64,000 nucleotides of DNA from positions 57,575 through 121,574 of the forward strand of contig DJVQ01000045.1 in the NCBI GenBank assembly GCA_002441265.1, written 5' to 3'. The position numbers and the translations under genes are program-made. Shown piece by piece: positions 45,158-55,686 of this stretch. The stretch is from Syntrophaceae bacterium UBA6252 (GTDB lineage Bacteria > Desulfobacterota > Syntrophia > Syntrophales > UBA6807). The notes under the pieces were generated by a model. The model saw nothing but the letters and a program-made list of their open reading frames with translations, was not told where the DNA came from and searched no databases. The first letter of the stretch is position 1; each line of letters opens with the position of its first letter.

Positions 45158-46735
45158 ATGGATATTCCCGGAATCGCCGTCATCGGTGCCGGATACTGGG
45201 GGAAAAACCTGGTCCGGAATTTTTACGAACTGAATGCCCTGAAGGTCGTGTGCGACAAGAACGAGGCCGTTCTCGCGAGCATGGAGGCCGCCTTCCCAGG
45301 GATGGAACGGGCCTTCGCGGTAAGCGACATCCTCTCCCGGGACGATGTTGAGGCCGTCGTCGTGGCGACCCCGGCGGAAACCCACTATACGATCGTCCGG
45401 GAGGTCCTCCTGGCGGGAAAGCATGTTTTCGTGGAGAAGCCCCTGGTCCTCAGGGAAGAGGAGGCGCTCGACCTCATCGATCTGGCGGAGACGGGCGGCC
45501 GCATCCTCATGGTGGGCCATCTTCTCCAGTACCACCCGGCATTCATCCGCCTCAAGGAACTCGTCCGGTCGGGCGACCTGGGAAGGGTGAACTACATCTA
45601 TTCGAACCGGCTGAACCTCGGGAAGATCCGGAGAGAGGAAAACGCCCTGTGGTCCTTTGCGCCCCACGACATTTCCATGATCCTCGGCCTTGCAGGGGAG
45701 GAGGTGGAAAGCGTGTCCGCCACGGGGGGAAACTACCTCCATCAGAAAATCGCCGACGTGACCATGACCCATCTGCACTTTCCGTCGGGTCTCCGGGCGC
45801 ACATCTTCGTGTCCTGGCTCCATCCCTTCAAGGAACAGAAGCTCGTCGTCGTCGGGGACCGGAAGATGGCCGTGTTCGACGACACCCGGCCGTGGCCGGA
45901 AAAGCTCCTTCTCTATCCTCACGAGATCAAGTGGCGAAACCAGGTCCCCGTCGCATCGAAGGCGGAGCCCGAACGGGTCGCCGTCGGGGAGGAGGAACCG
46001 CTGAAACGGGAGTGCCTCCAGTTCCTGGAAAGCGTTCGGACGGGAAAGCCGCCCGTGACGGACGGAAAGGAGGGGCTGCGGGTTTTACGGATCCTGAACG
46101 CCTCCCAGCGGTCCCTGGACGGCGGGGGCCGGGAGGTCTCCTTCCGCCGGGGCGGGGACCGGCCTCTTGCCGAGGGCTTCATTCATCCGACGGCGGTCGT
46201 CGAGGAGGGTGCCGTCGTCGGAAACCGGACCCGGATCTGGCATTTTTCCCACATTCTGCCGGGTTCGCGGATCGGAGAGAACTGCAACATCGGCCAGAAC
46301 GTGGTCATCGGCCCGGACGTCGCCATCGGCCCCGGGTGCAAGATCCAGAACAACGTGAGCGTCTACAAGGGTGTCACCCTGGAGGACGGCGTGTTCTGCG
46401 GTCCGTCCATGGTGTTCACGAACGTGATCAACCCCCGTGCCGGAATTTCCAGGATGGACGAGATGAAGACGACGCTGGTGAAAAAGGGGGCCACCATCGG
46501 GGCCAACGCCACCATCGTCTGCGGCGTCACCATCGGGAGATACTCCTTCGTGGGCGCCGGGGCCGTTGTGACGGGGAACGTCCCCGATCACGGGCTGGTC
46601 GTGGGAAATCCGGCCAGGCGGAAAGGCTGGGTCTGCCGCTGCGGGACGACCCTGAACGAACATCTCGGCTGCCCGGCCTGCGGCCTGAGCTACAGGAAAG
46701 GAGCAGGCGGCCTGGATTCGGCCGATGAAACGTGA
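45158..46735 (+). CDS. Fused Gfo/Idh/MocA oxidoreductase and hexapeptide N-acetyltransferase (WbpB-WbpD / WlbA-WlbB-like)
   Basis: GAGYWG, VEKP and SFAPHD dehydrogenase domain; C-terminal [30 protein letters not shown] and WVCRCG...CPAC zinc knuckle. Confidence 0.88.
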   Translation: MDIPGIAVIGAGYWGKNLVRNFYELNALKVVCDKNEAVLASMEAAFPGMERAFAVSDILSRDDVEAVVVATPAETHYTIVREVLLAGKHVFVEKPLVLREEEALDLIDLAETGGRILMVGHLLQYHPAFIRLKELVRSGDLGRVNYIYSNRLNLGKIRREENALWSFAPHDISMILGLAGEEVESVSATGGNYLHQKIADVTMTHLHFPSGLRAHIFVSWLHPFKEQKLVVVGDRKMAVFDDTRPWPEKLLLYPHEIKWRNQVPVASKAEPERVAVGEEEPLKRECLQFLESVRTGKPPVTDGKEGLRVLRILNASQRSLDGGGREVSFRRGGDRPLAEGFIHPTAVVEEGAVVGNRTRIWHFSHILPGSRIGENCNIGQNVVIGPDVAIGPGCKIQNNVSVYKGVTLEDGVFCGPSMVFTNVINPRAGISRMDEMKTTLVKKGATIGANATIVCGVTIGRYSFVGAGAVVTGNVPDHGLVVGNPARRKGWVCRCGTTLNEHLGCPACGLSYRKGAGGLDSADET

Positions 46736-46860
46736 CGGCTCGGCATGTTCCCGTGCCGCGACGTCCCTTGCCCCCGCGGCGCACCCCTCGTGCGCCCCGG
46801 TTTCCGGGACGGGGGCGCCCGGCCTGCGGTTTTTTGTGCAATGCCGCTCGGAGAAGCGTT
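46733..46860 (+). repeat. Degenerate copy of dispersed intergenic repeat
   Basis: Begins TGACGGCT at the stop codon; internal CCGCGGCGCAC...GTGCGCCCCGG and a TTTTTTG...GCCG end resemble the 40975 copy. Confidence 0.4.
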
Positions 46861-46888
46861 TTTGAGACTTCCTGCGAGTTCATGAAGG

Positions 46889-48187
46889 ATGAGACTTTTT
46901 TCCTCAGAATTCGTCCGCAACGTGCTGACCCTGGTCACGGGGAATTCCATCGCCCAGGTCATCCCCCTTGCGGCGGAACCCTTCCTGACCCGGCTCTTCC
47001 GGCCGGAGGAGTTCGGGGTCCTCGCGCTGTTCATTTCCATCAGCACCCTGTTTGCGGTCGTCGCCACGGGAAGGTACGAGATGGCCATCATGCTGCCTCT
47101 CCGGGAAGAGGATGCGGCCCCCGTTTTCTGGGTTTCCATTGCCGCTTCGGTTCTCGTCGCCCTCCTTTCGCTCCTTCTCATGGTCTGGCTGAACGGACCG
47201 ATCTGCCGTTTCCTGGAGAGCCCCGGCCTTTCCCCCTGGCTCTGGTTCGTCCCCCTGGTGGTCCTGTCCTACGGGGTTTACCAGAGCCTTCACTACTGGG
47301 CGGCCCGGCAAAAGAAATTCCTCCGGATCTCCGGGTCCCGGGTGACCCAGAGCCTCTCCAATGCCGGTCTCGGGATCGCCGCCGGTTTCGGGGGCCTGGG
47401 GACGGCGGGGCTGGTCCTGGCCCAGGTGGCGGGACAGGCGCTCGCCGCGGTGCATCTGGGGATTGCCGGCTTCTTCGGGGGGAATGCCCCCCCGCTTCCC
47501 GCGCGGTTCCGGGAGATGGTGCGGGCGGCCCGGACGTACCGCGAGTTCCCCCAGGTGAACACCTGGTTCATCCTTGCGGACACGGCCCAGTACAGCGGGA
47601 TCAGCTTCCTCATCGCCCTCTATTTCAACGAGGCCTCCCTGGGCTTCTATTCCAGGACGTTCCGGATCCTGACGGTGCCCCTGTCGTTCATCGGGAGCGC
47701 CTTGTCCCACGTTTTTTACCAGAAGGCCGCCGAGATCCTGGCCGGGAAGGGGGACCTGAGGGCGTTTTCCGTGAAGACGCTACGCGGTTCGATGGCCGTG
47801 GCCCTGCCCATTTTCCTTGTCCTCATGCTGTGGGGGCCCGATCTTTTCGCCTTTCTTTTCGGCGACCCGTGGCGGGAGGCCGGGGAGTACGCCCGGATCC
47901 TGTCCCCTTGGATTTTCGTGCGGTTCGCCTTTGCGCCCCTGTCCCAGCTTCCGCTTCTGGTGAACCGGCAGAAGGAACTTCTTTTCCTGAACGTTCTCGG
48001 GCTTGCCCTGGTCCTCGGTGCGCTCGCCGCCGGAGGCGCATGGACGGGCAACGTGCGGTGGAGTCTCCTGCTTCTCTCCCTGGGCCAGGTCGTCTTTCTC
48101 GTGGGAATGATTTTCTGGGCCATCGGAATTCTCCCGGCGGGGCGGCAGGGCGCGGAACCCGGCGGGGAAAACGGGAAGGCGGTGTGA
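46889..48187 (+). CDS. wzx: Wzx-type oligosaccharide flippase
   Basis: FVRNVLTLVTGNSIAQVI, RLFRPEEFG, GRYEMAI and LFGDPWREAG motifs; about 12 TM helices. Confidence 0.85.
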   Translation: MRLFSSEFVRNVLTLVTGNSIAQVIPLAAEPFLTRLFRPEEFGVLALFISISTLFAVVATGRYEMAIMLPLREEDAAPVFWVSIAASVLVALLSLLLMVWLNGPICRFLESPGLSPWLWFVPLVVLSYGVYQSLHYWAARQKKFLRISGSRVTQSLSNAGLGIAAGFGGLGTAGLVLAQVAGQALAAVHLGIAGFFGGNAPPLPARFREMVRAARTYREFPQVNTWFILADTAQYSGISFLIALYFNEASLGFYSRTFRILTVPLSFIGSALSHVFYQKAAEILAGKGDLRAFSVKTLRGSMAVALPIFLVLMLWGPDLFAFLFGDPWREAGEYARILSPWIFVRFAFAPLSQLPLLVNRQKELLFLNVLGLALVLGALAAGGAWTGNVRWSLLLLSLGQVVFLVGMIFWAIGILPAGRQGAEPGGENGKAV

Positions 48188-48191
48188 CGGG

Positions 48192-48779
48192 ATGTCGCTG
48201 AACGATACGGGGCGGATCTGGGTCCGCAGGCTGAAAAACGGATTGAAAAGGCTTTCCCTGAAGCCGGTCATGCTGTACGGCTACCGCCGGCACGACGGGA
48301 GATACCTTCCCCACACCCGCATCAGCACGAGCGCCCACATCGGGAACCGGAGCCGCTTTTTCGTGGAGGACCACGTGTACATCGGCCACTTCAACGTGAT
48401 CGACACCCACCGGCCGGTCCGCATCGGCGAGGGCTGCCAGATCACCAACTTCGTGACCATTCTCACCCATTCGAGCCATGTGGCCATCCGGCTTTACGGG
48501 AGCGCCTACGCCGGGGAGCCGGAGCCCGCGGGTTACGGGGAAGGGGAGGTGCACATCGGGCCTTACACGTTCATCGGCCCCTTTTCGGTGATCATGCCCG
48601 GCAGCAGGATCGGGAAAGGGTGCATCGTTTCGGCCCACAGCTACGTGGACGGGGAGATTCCCGATTTCGCCGTCGTCCGGGGGGCCCCCGCCGGGATCGC
48701 CGGCGACACGCGGGATCTGGACCGGCCCTTCCTGGAGCGGTACCCCGAACTGAGGGATCATTATGAGAAGTGGCGATAA
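48192..48779 (+). CDS. Hexapeptide-repeat acyltransferase
   Basis: IGEGCQI, ILTHSSH, IGPYTFIG, IGKGCIV and GAPA left-handed beta-helix motifs. Confidence 0.85.
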   Translation: MSLNDTGRIWVRRLKNGLKRLSLKPVMLYGYRRHDGRYLPHTRISTSAHIGNRSRFFVEDHVYIGHFNVIDTHRPVRIGEGCQITNFVTILTHSSHVAIRLYGSAYAGEPEPAGYGEGEVHIGPYTFIGPFSVIMPGSRIGKGCIVSAHSYVDGEIPDFAVVRGAPAGIAGDTRDLDRPFLERYPELRDHYEKWR

Positions 48780-49863
48780 ATATCTCCTTTTCGGGGACGG
48801 GGAAAGCCCCCACCTCCTGAAATGGGCAAGGGAACTGACCCGCCATTTCCAGGTCCACCTGGTGTCCTCCCGGGGGGTCTGCGGGGACCTTCGCCGCCTG
48901 ATCCCCGGGGAACGGGTGGACGCCCTCGGCCTGCGGGTCCGGGAGGAAGGGGGAAATTTCCGCATCCTTCTTTCGCTGCCCCGGCTTCGGAGCATCCTGA
49001 AACGGGTGAACCCCCGCTTCGTCAACGCCCACTACCTGACGAGCCACGGGCTTCTCGCGGCGATTCTGAAAAAGGGGTCCTTCCGCCGTCCATTCACCCT
49101 CATCCAGTCGACCTGGGGAACGGACATCCTGGTGACGCCCTTCCGGAACGGCGCCTACCGGCTCGCCGCGAGGTTCGCCCTCGACCAGGCCGATCTCGTC
49201 ACCTCCGACTCGGAATTCATGTCCCGGACCATCGGAAGGCTCACCGACCGGCCCGTCGTCACCTTCCCCTTCGGGCCGGAAGCGATCCCCCCTCTCGATC
49301 CGAAAGGGAAGAACCCCGGTCTTTTCTATTCCAACCGCGCCCTTTCGGAGAATTCCAACATCCCGGAGATCATCCGCTTCTTCGGAAGGATCGCCCGGGA
49401 GCGGACGGAGGCCGCCCTTGTCGTGGCCAACGACGGAAACAGGAGGAAGGCGCTCGAGGAGATGGTCCGCGCAGCCGGCCTGGAAAGCCGGGTCCGGTTC
49501 GTGGGATACCTCTCCCGGGAGGAGCAGGAGCGGATGTACGGGCAGGCCAGGTTCTACCTTTCCCTGCCGGTGTCGGACGCCACGTCCGTCTCCCTCCTGG
49601 AGGCCATGGCCCACGGGTGCATCCCCATCGTCTCCGACATCCCCGCCAACCGGGAGTGGGTGCGCCACGGGGAAAACGGCCTTCTGTACCGGGAAGGGCT
49701 TCCCCTTGCCGAGATCGAGGCCATGGACCGGAAGTGGGAGGCCGTGGCCGGCGAAAACCGGCGGATCGTCTCCGAAAGGGCCCTCTTCCCGGAGCGGATG
49801 CGGTCGGTGCTCGTTCCCCGGCTCCTCGGGCGGGACGCGCCCCGCCGGGAGACACGGCCATGA
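48763..49863 (+). CDS. GT4 family glycosyltransferase
   Basis: NAHYLTSHG, WGTDIL and SDATSVSLLEAMAHGC motifs. Confidence 0.88.
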   Translation: MRSGDKYLLFGDGESPHLLKWARELTRHFQVHLVSSRGVCGDLRRLIPGERVDALGLRVREEGGNFRILLSLPRLRSILKRVNPRFVNAHYLTSHGLLAAILKKGSFRRPFTLIQSTWGTDILVTPFRNGAYRLAARFALDQADLVTSDSEFMSRTIGRLTDRPVVTFPFGPEAIPPLDPKGKNPGLFYSNRALSENSNIPEIIRFFGRIARERTEAALVVANDGNRRKALEEMVRAAGLESRVRFVGYLSREEQERMYGQARFYLSLPVSDATSVSLLEAMAHGCIPIVSDIPANREWVRHGENGLLYREGLPLAEIEAMDRKWEAVAGENRRIVSERALFPERMRSVLVPRLLGRDAPRRETRP

Positions 49864-51116
49864 ACATCCTCCTCATCAACCACTACGCGGGGTCTCCCGC
49901 CATGGGCATGGAGTTCAGGCCTTATTACATGGCCCGGGAGTGGGTCCGGGGGGGGCACGACGTGACCATCGCCGCCGCGTCCTTCTCCCACCTGAGGACG
50001 GTGAACCCCGGCGGGACCTCCGCCATGGAGGAGGAGTGGCTGGACGGGATCCGCTACCTGTGGTTCCGGACCCCTTCGTACGGCGGGAACGATCTTCGGC
50101 GGGTGCGGAACATGGCGGCCTTCGTTTCCAGCCTGCTGCTCCATCACCGGGAGATCCTCCGGCGGGCCAGGCCCGGGGCGGTCATCGCCTCCTCCACCTA
50201 TCCCCTGGACATCTTCCCCGCCTGGCTCATCGCCCGCAGGGCGGGGGCGAAGCTCGTTTTCGAAGTCCACGACCTGTGGCCCCTGTCCCCGGTGGAACTG
50301 GGGGGGATGTCGCCCTTTCATCCCTTCATCCTGGTCCTGCAGGGAGCGGAAAATTTCGCCTACAGGGCGTCGGAGCGTGTGGTCTCCATGCTGCCCGAGG
50401 CCCGGGGGCACATGGAACGCCACGGGATGGAAAGCGGGAAATTCGTTTACATCCCCAACGGGATCGACCTGGGAGACTGGCGGGGCGAACCCGAGAAGAT
50501 CCCGGGGGATCACGAAAAGGCCCTTTCGCGGATGCGGGGAGAAGGGGGGCTGATCGTCGGGTATGCGGGGGCCCACGGGCTGGCGAACGATCTGGACGCC
50601 CTGCTCGACGGGGCGGAGATCCTGAAGAAGGATAACCTGTGGTTCGTCCTGGTGGGCCAGGGCCCGGAAAAGGAGAAACTCCGGGAAAGGTGCCGTTCCT
50701 GCGGACTCGACCGCGTCGTCTTTCTTCCGCCGGTGTCCCGCAAGGCCATTCCCGATCTTCTTGCCCGGATGGACGTCCTGTATCTCGGCCTCAGGAGGGA
50801 ACCCCTCTTCCGCTTCGGCGTCAGCCCGAACAAGCTTATGGACTACATGATGTCGGGAAAGCCCGTCGTCCAGGCCATCGAGGCGGGGAATGACCTGGTA
50901 CGGGACAGCGGATGCGGATTCACCGTTCCGCCGGGCGACGCCCGGGCCCTCGCCGGGGCGCTTCGGGCCATGGCCGCCCTGCCGCCCGGGGAGCGGGAAC
51001 GAATGGGGGGCAGGGGCAGGGACTACGTGATGGCCCGCCACCATTACGGGATTCTGGGGGAGGCGTTTCTCAGTGCCCTCCGGCCGGACGGCGTGGACGG
51101 GCACCCGGTTTCGTGA
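49860..51116 (+). CDS. GT4 family glycosyltransferase (WbuB-like)
   Basis: ATG 49860 overlaps the upstream TGA; MNILLINHYAGSP, EVHDLWP, YAGAHGLAN and SPNKLMDYM motifs. Confidence 0.88.
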   Translation: MNILLINHYAGSPAMGMEFRPYYMAREWVRGGHDVTIAAASFSHLRTVNPGGTSAMEEEWLDGIRYLWFRTPSYGGNDLRRVRNMAAFVSSLLLHHREILRRARPGAVIASSTYPLDIFPAWLIARRAGAKLVFEVHDLWPLSPVELGGMSPFHPFILVLQGAENFAYRASERVVSMLPEARGHMERHGMESGKFVYIPNGIDLGDWRGEPEKIPGDHEKALSRMRGEGGLIVGYAGAHGLANDLDALLDGAEILKKDNLWFVLVGQGPEKEKLRERCRSCGLDRVVFLPPVSRKAIPDLLARMDVLYLGLRREPLFRFGVSPNKLMDYMMSGKPVVQAIEAGNDLVRDSGCGFTVPPGDARALAGALRAMAALPPGERERMGGRGRDYVMARHHYGILGEAFLSALRPDGVDGHPVS

Positions 51117-51246
51117 AGCCTCGCCGGGGCCCTGGGGCCGCCGGCGGGGGAAGGGGGCATCTTTCTGATTTCGGTGCGTTCGGGGAACGGATTCCCCGGA
51201 TGCCGTTTGTTTCGCAGCAAGAAAAGCGTCTCAAGGGAGGAAGGAC

Positions 51247-52404
51247 ATGCGGAAGGAGTTTCTCTCCTTCTCACCCCCTCTGATCGGGGAGGAGGAAATC
51301 CAGGAAGTGGTCGATACCCTTCGATCGGACTGGATCACCACGGGACCGAAAACGAAACGTTTCGAGGAGGCGTTCGCCCGGTTCGTCGGCGCACCGGGGG
51401 CCCTGGGCCTGAATTCCTGCACCGCGGGCCTGCACACGGCCCTGGTGACCGCCGGAATCGGGCCGGGGGACGAAGTGGTGACGACCACCCTCACCTTCGC
51501 CGCCACGGTGAACGTGATCGAGCAGGTGGGGGCGCGGCCGGTCCTGGTGGACGTGGAACCGGACACCCTCAACATGGATCCCCGAAAGGTGGAGGCGTGC
51601 CTGTCCGGAAAGACGAAGGCGATCATTCCCGTCCATTACGCCGGCCACCCCGTGGAGATGGACGGGATCCTCGAGATTGCCCGGTCACGCCGGCTCCTCG
51701 TCGTCGAGGACGCCGCCCATGCCCTTCCGGCCCGGTACCGGGGGCGTTTCGTCGGGTCCGGGAGCAATCCCGCGTCGTTCAGCTTCTACGCCACGAAAAA
51801 TCTCACCACCGGGGAGGGGGGCATGCTCACCGCGGACCCGTCGTTCCTGGAACGGGCCAGGATCGTGAGCCTCCACGGCATGAGCCGGGACGCCTGGAAG
51901 CGGTACGACAAGGCCGGCGGCTGGTTTTACGAGGTGGTCCTGCCGGGGTTCAAGTACAACATGACGGACATCCAGGCGAGCCTCGGCCTGCATCAGTTGA
52001 AGAAGCTCGAAGCGTTCCAGAAGCGGAGGCGGCGGCTGGTGGAAATGTACCAGGAAGCCTTCCGTGGGGAGGAAGCGCTGGAGATTCCCGTGGAGAAGGC
52101 CCACGTGGAGCACGCGTGGTATCTCTACGTGCTCCGGATCGTTCCGGAAACCCTGACCATCCACCGCGACCGGTTCATCGAGGAGTTGAAGGAGAGGAAA
52201 ATCGGCACTTCCGTGCACTTCATCCCCATTCATTTCCATCCCTATTACCGGGACAAGTACGGGTACGGGAAGAGGGATTTCCCCGTGGCCCGCGGGAACT
52301 ACGAACGGATGATGAGCCTTCCCCTCAATCTCCGCATGACCGACGGGGACGTGGCGGACGTCGTGGAGGCGGTCCTGGAGGTGGTCCGGAAGTTCCGGCG
52401 GTGA
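51247..52404 (+). CDS. DegT/DnrJ/EryC1/StrS sugar aminotransferase
   Basis: WITTGPK, NSCTAGLH, EDAAHA, SFYATKNLTTGEGGM (PLP lysine) and GFKYNMTD motifs. Confidence 0.93.
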   Translation: MRKEFLSFSPPLIGEEEIQEVVDTLRSDWITTGPKTKRFEEAFARFVGAPGALGLNSCTAGLHTALVTAGIGPGDEVVTTTLTFAATVNVIEQVGARPVLVDVEPDTLNMDPRKVEACLSGKTKAIIPVHYAGHPVEMDGILEIARSRRLLVVEDAAHALPARYRGRFVGSGSNPASFSFYATKNLTTGEGGMLTADPSFLERARIVSLHGMSRDAWKRYDKAGGWFYEVVLPGFKYNMTDIQASLGLHQLKKLEAFQKRRRRLVEMYQEAFRGEEALEIPVEKAHVEHAWYLYVLRIVPETLTIHRDRFIEELKERKIGTSVHFIPIHFHPYYRDKYGYGKRDFPVARGNYERMMSLPLNLRMTDGDVADVVEAVLEVVRKFRR

Positions 52405-52411
52405 CGGCGGG

Positions 52412-53014
52412 ATGAAGAAACGGGTGTTCGACCTTTTCCTTGCCCTGTCGGGCATGCTGCTCCTGGCCCCCCTGTTCCATCTCGTGGGGCTGTGGATCAG
52501 GGTCTGCGACGGAAGCCCCGTTTTCTTCCGCCAGGAACGGGTCGGCCGGGGAGGCGTTCCCTTCCGCATGTGGAAATATCGGACCATGGTCCCCGGCGGG
52601 GAAACCCGGGGGGGGCTCCTCACCGTGGGCGACGATGCCAGGATCACGGCGGCGGGGAGGATCCTCAGAAGATACAAGATCGACGAGCTGCCCCAGCTCT
52701 TCAACGTGCTCGGCGGGACCATGAGTTTCGTGGGACCCCGGCCCGAGGTGCCCCGTTACGTGGCGCTGTACACACCGGAGCAGAGAAGGGTCCTGGAAAT
52801 GATGCCGGGAATCACCGACCCCGCTTCGATCCGTTTCCGCCGCGAGTCGGAACTCCTGGCGGATGCCGATGATCCCGAGGACTATTATGTCCGGGTCCTG
52901 CTCCCGGAGAAGATCCGGCTGAACCTGGAATACGGCCGCCGGGCCACCCTTTCCGGAGATCTTCGGATCATTCTTTGCACCCTGTTCCCGGGCCTGTTGC
53001 CGGGAACCCCGTGA
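52412..53014 (+). CDS. Bacterial sugar transferase (monotopic PGT, PglC-like)
   Basis: KRVFD, FRQERVG, KYRTM, DELPQLFNVL, MSFVGPRPE and PGIT motifs. Confidence 0.93.
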   Translation: MKKRVFDLFLALSGMLLLAPLFHLVGLWIRVCDGSPVFFRQERVGRGGVPFRMWKYRTMVPGGETRGGLLTVGDDARITAAGRILRRYKIDELPQLFNVLGGTMSFVGPRPEVPRYVALYTPEQRRVLEMMPGITDPASIRFRRESELLADADDPEDYYVRVLLPEKIRLNLEYGRRATLSGDLRIILCTLFPGLLPGTP

Positions 53015-53018
53015 AGCC

Positions 53019-54887
53019 ATGAACAGGATTTATCCGAAATTCCGTCCCATCCTGCCGATGGCGGTGGACTTCCTTCTCGTCGCCGCCGCCTATCTCCTGG
53101 CCCATGCCCTGCGGTTCGAGGGCAATCCGCCTCCCCAGGAGTGGGACAACATCTGGAGAACGCTCCCCTTCGTCATCCCCCTGAAACTGGTTTGGTTCCA
53201 CGTCTTCGGCCTCTACCGGGGAATGTGGCGGTACACGAGCCTCCTCGATCTGGCCAAGGTGCTCCGGGCGGTGGCGGCGTCCTCCGTCTCCATCGTTCTC
53301 GTCATCCTGTTCACGTGGCATTTCAAAGGCTTTTCCCGGTCCGTCCCCGTTATCGACCTGGTCCTCACCTTTCTTTTCATCGGCGGGGTCCGGGTGGCGA
53401 GCCGGCTCATCTTCGCGGGAAATCTCACGACCTTCTGGAACTGGAGGGGGACCCGGGGAAGACCCTTCAAGAACCTCCTCATCGTCGGCGCCGGGGCGGC
53501 GGGGGAGAAGGTCCTCCGCGAGCTCCTCGAAAACAGGGACCTCCTGCTCCACCCCGTGGGCTTCCTCGACGACGATCCGAAGAAGCGGGGACGGTCCATC
53601 CACGGCGTTCCCGTTCTCGGGACGATGGACGACATCACCGCCATCCCCGTTCCTTACGATGAGATCCTCATCGCCGTACCCTCCGCCAGGGGGGAGGAAA
53701 TGCGGCGGATCGTCGCGGCCTGCGAGGGGACGGGGCGCCGCTACCGGACCATGCCCGGCCTGGGGGAGCTCATCGACGGCCGCGTTTCCGTCCGGGCGGT
53801 CCGCGACGTGACCCTGGCGGACCTCCTCGGGCGGGAGGAAGTGCACCTGGACCGGGAGATCATCGAAAAAACCCTGAAGGGAAAGCGGATTCTCGTGACC
53901 GGGGCGGGGGGGTCCATCGGGAGCGAACTGGTCCGGCAGATCGGGAGGTTCGAACCGGAATGCCTGTCGCTGGTCGAGTTCAGCGAGTACCATCTCTTCC
54001 AGATCGAAACGGAGCTTCGTCAGAAGAACGGCGCCCTCCCCCTCCGGAGCGACCTCGTGGACATCCGGAACCGTTCCGCCCTGGAGCGGGTGTTCCGCGA
54101 TTTCCGGCCCCAGGTGGTGTTCCACGCCGCCGCCTACAAGCACGTCCCTCTTCAGGAGCTCCAACCCTGGGAGGCCGTCTGCAACAACGTCCTGGGCAGC
54201 CGGAACGTCATGGAGATCTCCCTCGATGCGGGGGTGGAACGGTTCGTCCTCGTCTCGACGGACAAGGCCGTCCGGCCGAGCAGCGTCATGGGGGCGACCA
54301 AGCGGGTGGCGGAACTTCTCGTCGAATCCATGAACGGCCTCGGCGCGACCCGGTTCCTGGCCGTCCGTTTCGGAAACGTTCTCGGGAGTTCCGGTTCCGT
54401 TGTTCCCCTCTTCCAGCACCAGATCGAGCAGCGGCTTCCCATCACGGTGACCCATCCCGAAATGACCCGCTTCTTCATGACCATCCCCGAGGCGGCCCAG
54501 CTCATCCTCCAGGCGGGGGCCATGGGGGAGGGCGGGGAGATCTTCATCCTCGACATGGGAAGACCGGTCCGGATCGTGGACATGGCGAAGGATCTGATCC
54601 GCCTGAGCGGGCTGGAGCCGGAACGGGACATCCCCATCCGGTTCATCGGCCTTCGGCCCGGGGAGAAGATCCACGAGGAGCTGATCACCGACGGGGAGGG
54701 GATCGTGCCCACGGCCCATGAGAAGATCCTCGTTCTCCGGGGGACGCCGGGGAACCGGGAACGCCTCCGGGCCGGGGTGGAAGCCCTCCTGGCCGCCGCC
54801 GGCACGGGCGACGGGGAAGGGGTCCGGAAGGCGCTTCGGGACCTTCTCCCGGAGTACCGGCCTTCCGTGGAGGGGACGGCGTCGTGA
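53019..54887 (+). CDS. Membrane-bound UDP-GlcNAc 4,6-dehydratase (PglF/CapD/WbpM family)
   Basis: Four N-terminal TMs; TGAGGSIGSEL, FHAAAYKHVP, STDKAVRP, MGATKR, RFGNVLGS and RPGEK motifs. Confidence 0.93.
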   Translation: MNRIYPKFRPILPMAVDFLLVAAAYLLAHALRFEGNPPPQEWDNIWRTLPFVIPLKLVWFHVFGLYRGMWRYTSLLDLAKVLRAVAASSVSIVLVILFTWHFKGFSRSVPVIDLVLTFLFIGGVRVASRLIFAGNLTTFWNWRGTRGRPFKNLLIVGAGAAGEKVLRELLENRDLLLHPVGFLDDDPKKRGRSIHGVPVLGTMDDITAIPVPYDEILIAVPSARGEEMRRIVAACEGTGRRYRTMPGLGELIDGRVSVRAVRDVTLADLLGREEVHLDREIIEKTLKGKRILVTGAGGSIGSELVRQIGRFEPECLSLVEFSEYHLFQIETELRQKNGALPLRSDLVDIRNRSALERVFRDFRPQVVFHAAAYKHVPLQELQPWEAVCNNVLGSRNVMEISLDAGVERFVLVSTDKAVRPSSVMGATKRVAELLVESMNGLGATRFLAVRFGNVLGSSGSVVPLFQHQIEQRLPITVTHPEMTRFFMTIPEAAQLILQAGAMGEGGEIFILDMGRPVRIVDMAKDLIRLSGLEPERDIPIRFIGLRPGEKIHEELITDGEGIVPTAHEKILVLRGTPGNRERLRAGVEALLAAAGTGDGEGVRKALRDLLPEYRPSVEGTAS

Positions 54888-55010
54888 GACGGCCCCGGAA
54901 ACCGGCGGCAGGCCGTTCCCGGAGTCGGGCGGGACGGGATCCCCTTCGGCCGCGGCCGGAAAAAGTTGTTTGACTTGGCCGCCCCTTTTGTGTTAATGAG
55001 GCCATCGTCC

Positions 55011-55289
55011 ATGGATCGAAAAGAGAGAAGAAGGTGGATTTTCACCTTGGCCTATGCCAGCAGTCTCGGGATCGGCATGGCCATCGCCATCTTCGGAAGT
55101 CTGTTCGTCGGCGCCTGGATCGACCGGAAACTGGGAACGAAGAACATTTTCGCCACCCTGTTCTTTTTCATAGGAGTCGCCGCCGGTTTCAGGAACGTTT
55201 TTCTCTTCCTGAAAAGATATTTTCCCAAAGAAGAACGTCATGATGGAGAAAGCGGAGAGAATCAGAAGCCCCCTGCAGGGAAGGATTGA
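55011..55289 (+). CDS. atpZ: AtpZ/AtpI-family ATP synthase accessory protein
   Basis: Two TM helices with GAWIDRKLGT and GVAAGFRN; directly upstream of atpI and atpB. Confidence 0.8.
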   Translation: MDRKERRRWIFTLAYASSLGIGMAIAIFGSLFVGAWIDRKLGTKNIFATLFFFIGVAAGFRNVFLFLKRYFPKEERHDGESGENQKPPAGKD

Positions 55290-55686
55290 GTGGTGGATCT
55301 GGATTCTCCTGGCCGCCGGCACGGGGATCGGGTACGGGCTCTTCTCCTGGGAATTCGCCCTGGGGGTCCTTCTGGGCGGAATCATCGGGATCGCCAATTT
55401 TTACTGGCTTTCCAGGGACCTGGGAGTTCTGCTCGGTAGGCAGGCCGCCGGGGAGACCAAGGCGAAGCCGAAGACCTTCATGCTGGTCCGGCACTATGTC
55501 CGTCTGGTCCTGACGGCGGGGGTTCTTTTCCTCGTGATCACGAAAACCCCCGCGCACGTCCTCGGGCTCCTCTTGGGGCTTTCCGTCGTGATCGCCGGCA
55601 TTTTCCTGGCGGTGGCAACGATGCGTTATAAAAACCCGTTAAGGAGGTTGAAGGATAAAGATGCATCCCCTTTTATTTCTGGATAA
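55240..55686 (+). CDS. atpI: ATP synthase subunit I
   Basis: Four hydrophobic segments, [14 protein letters not shown] and GLLLGLS; position before atpB. Confidence 0.8.
   Translation: MMEKAERIRSPLQGRIEWWIWILLAAGTGIGYGLFSWEFALGVLLGGIIGIANFYWLSRDLGVLLGRQAAGETKAKPKTFMLVRHYVRLVLTAGVLFLVITKTPAHVLGLLLGLSVVIAGIFLAVATMRYKNPLRRLKDKDASPFISG

Noticed and set aside
48822..49859. Apparent 764-aa GT4 with long N-terminal extension (similar extensions at 22099, 25939, 11996, 36185, 41044)
   Set aside because: The extensions overlap upstream genes or intergenic DNA in another frame; true starts are at downstream coupled ATG/GTG codons with RBS or family-typical N-termini.
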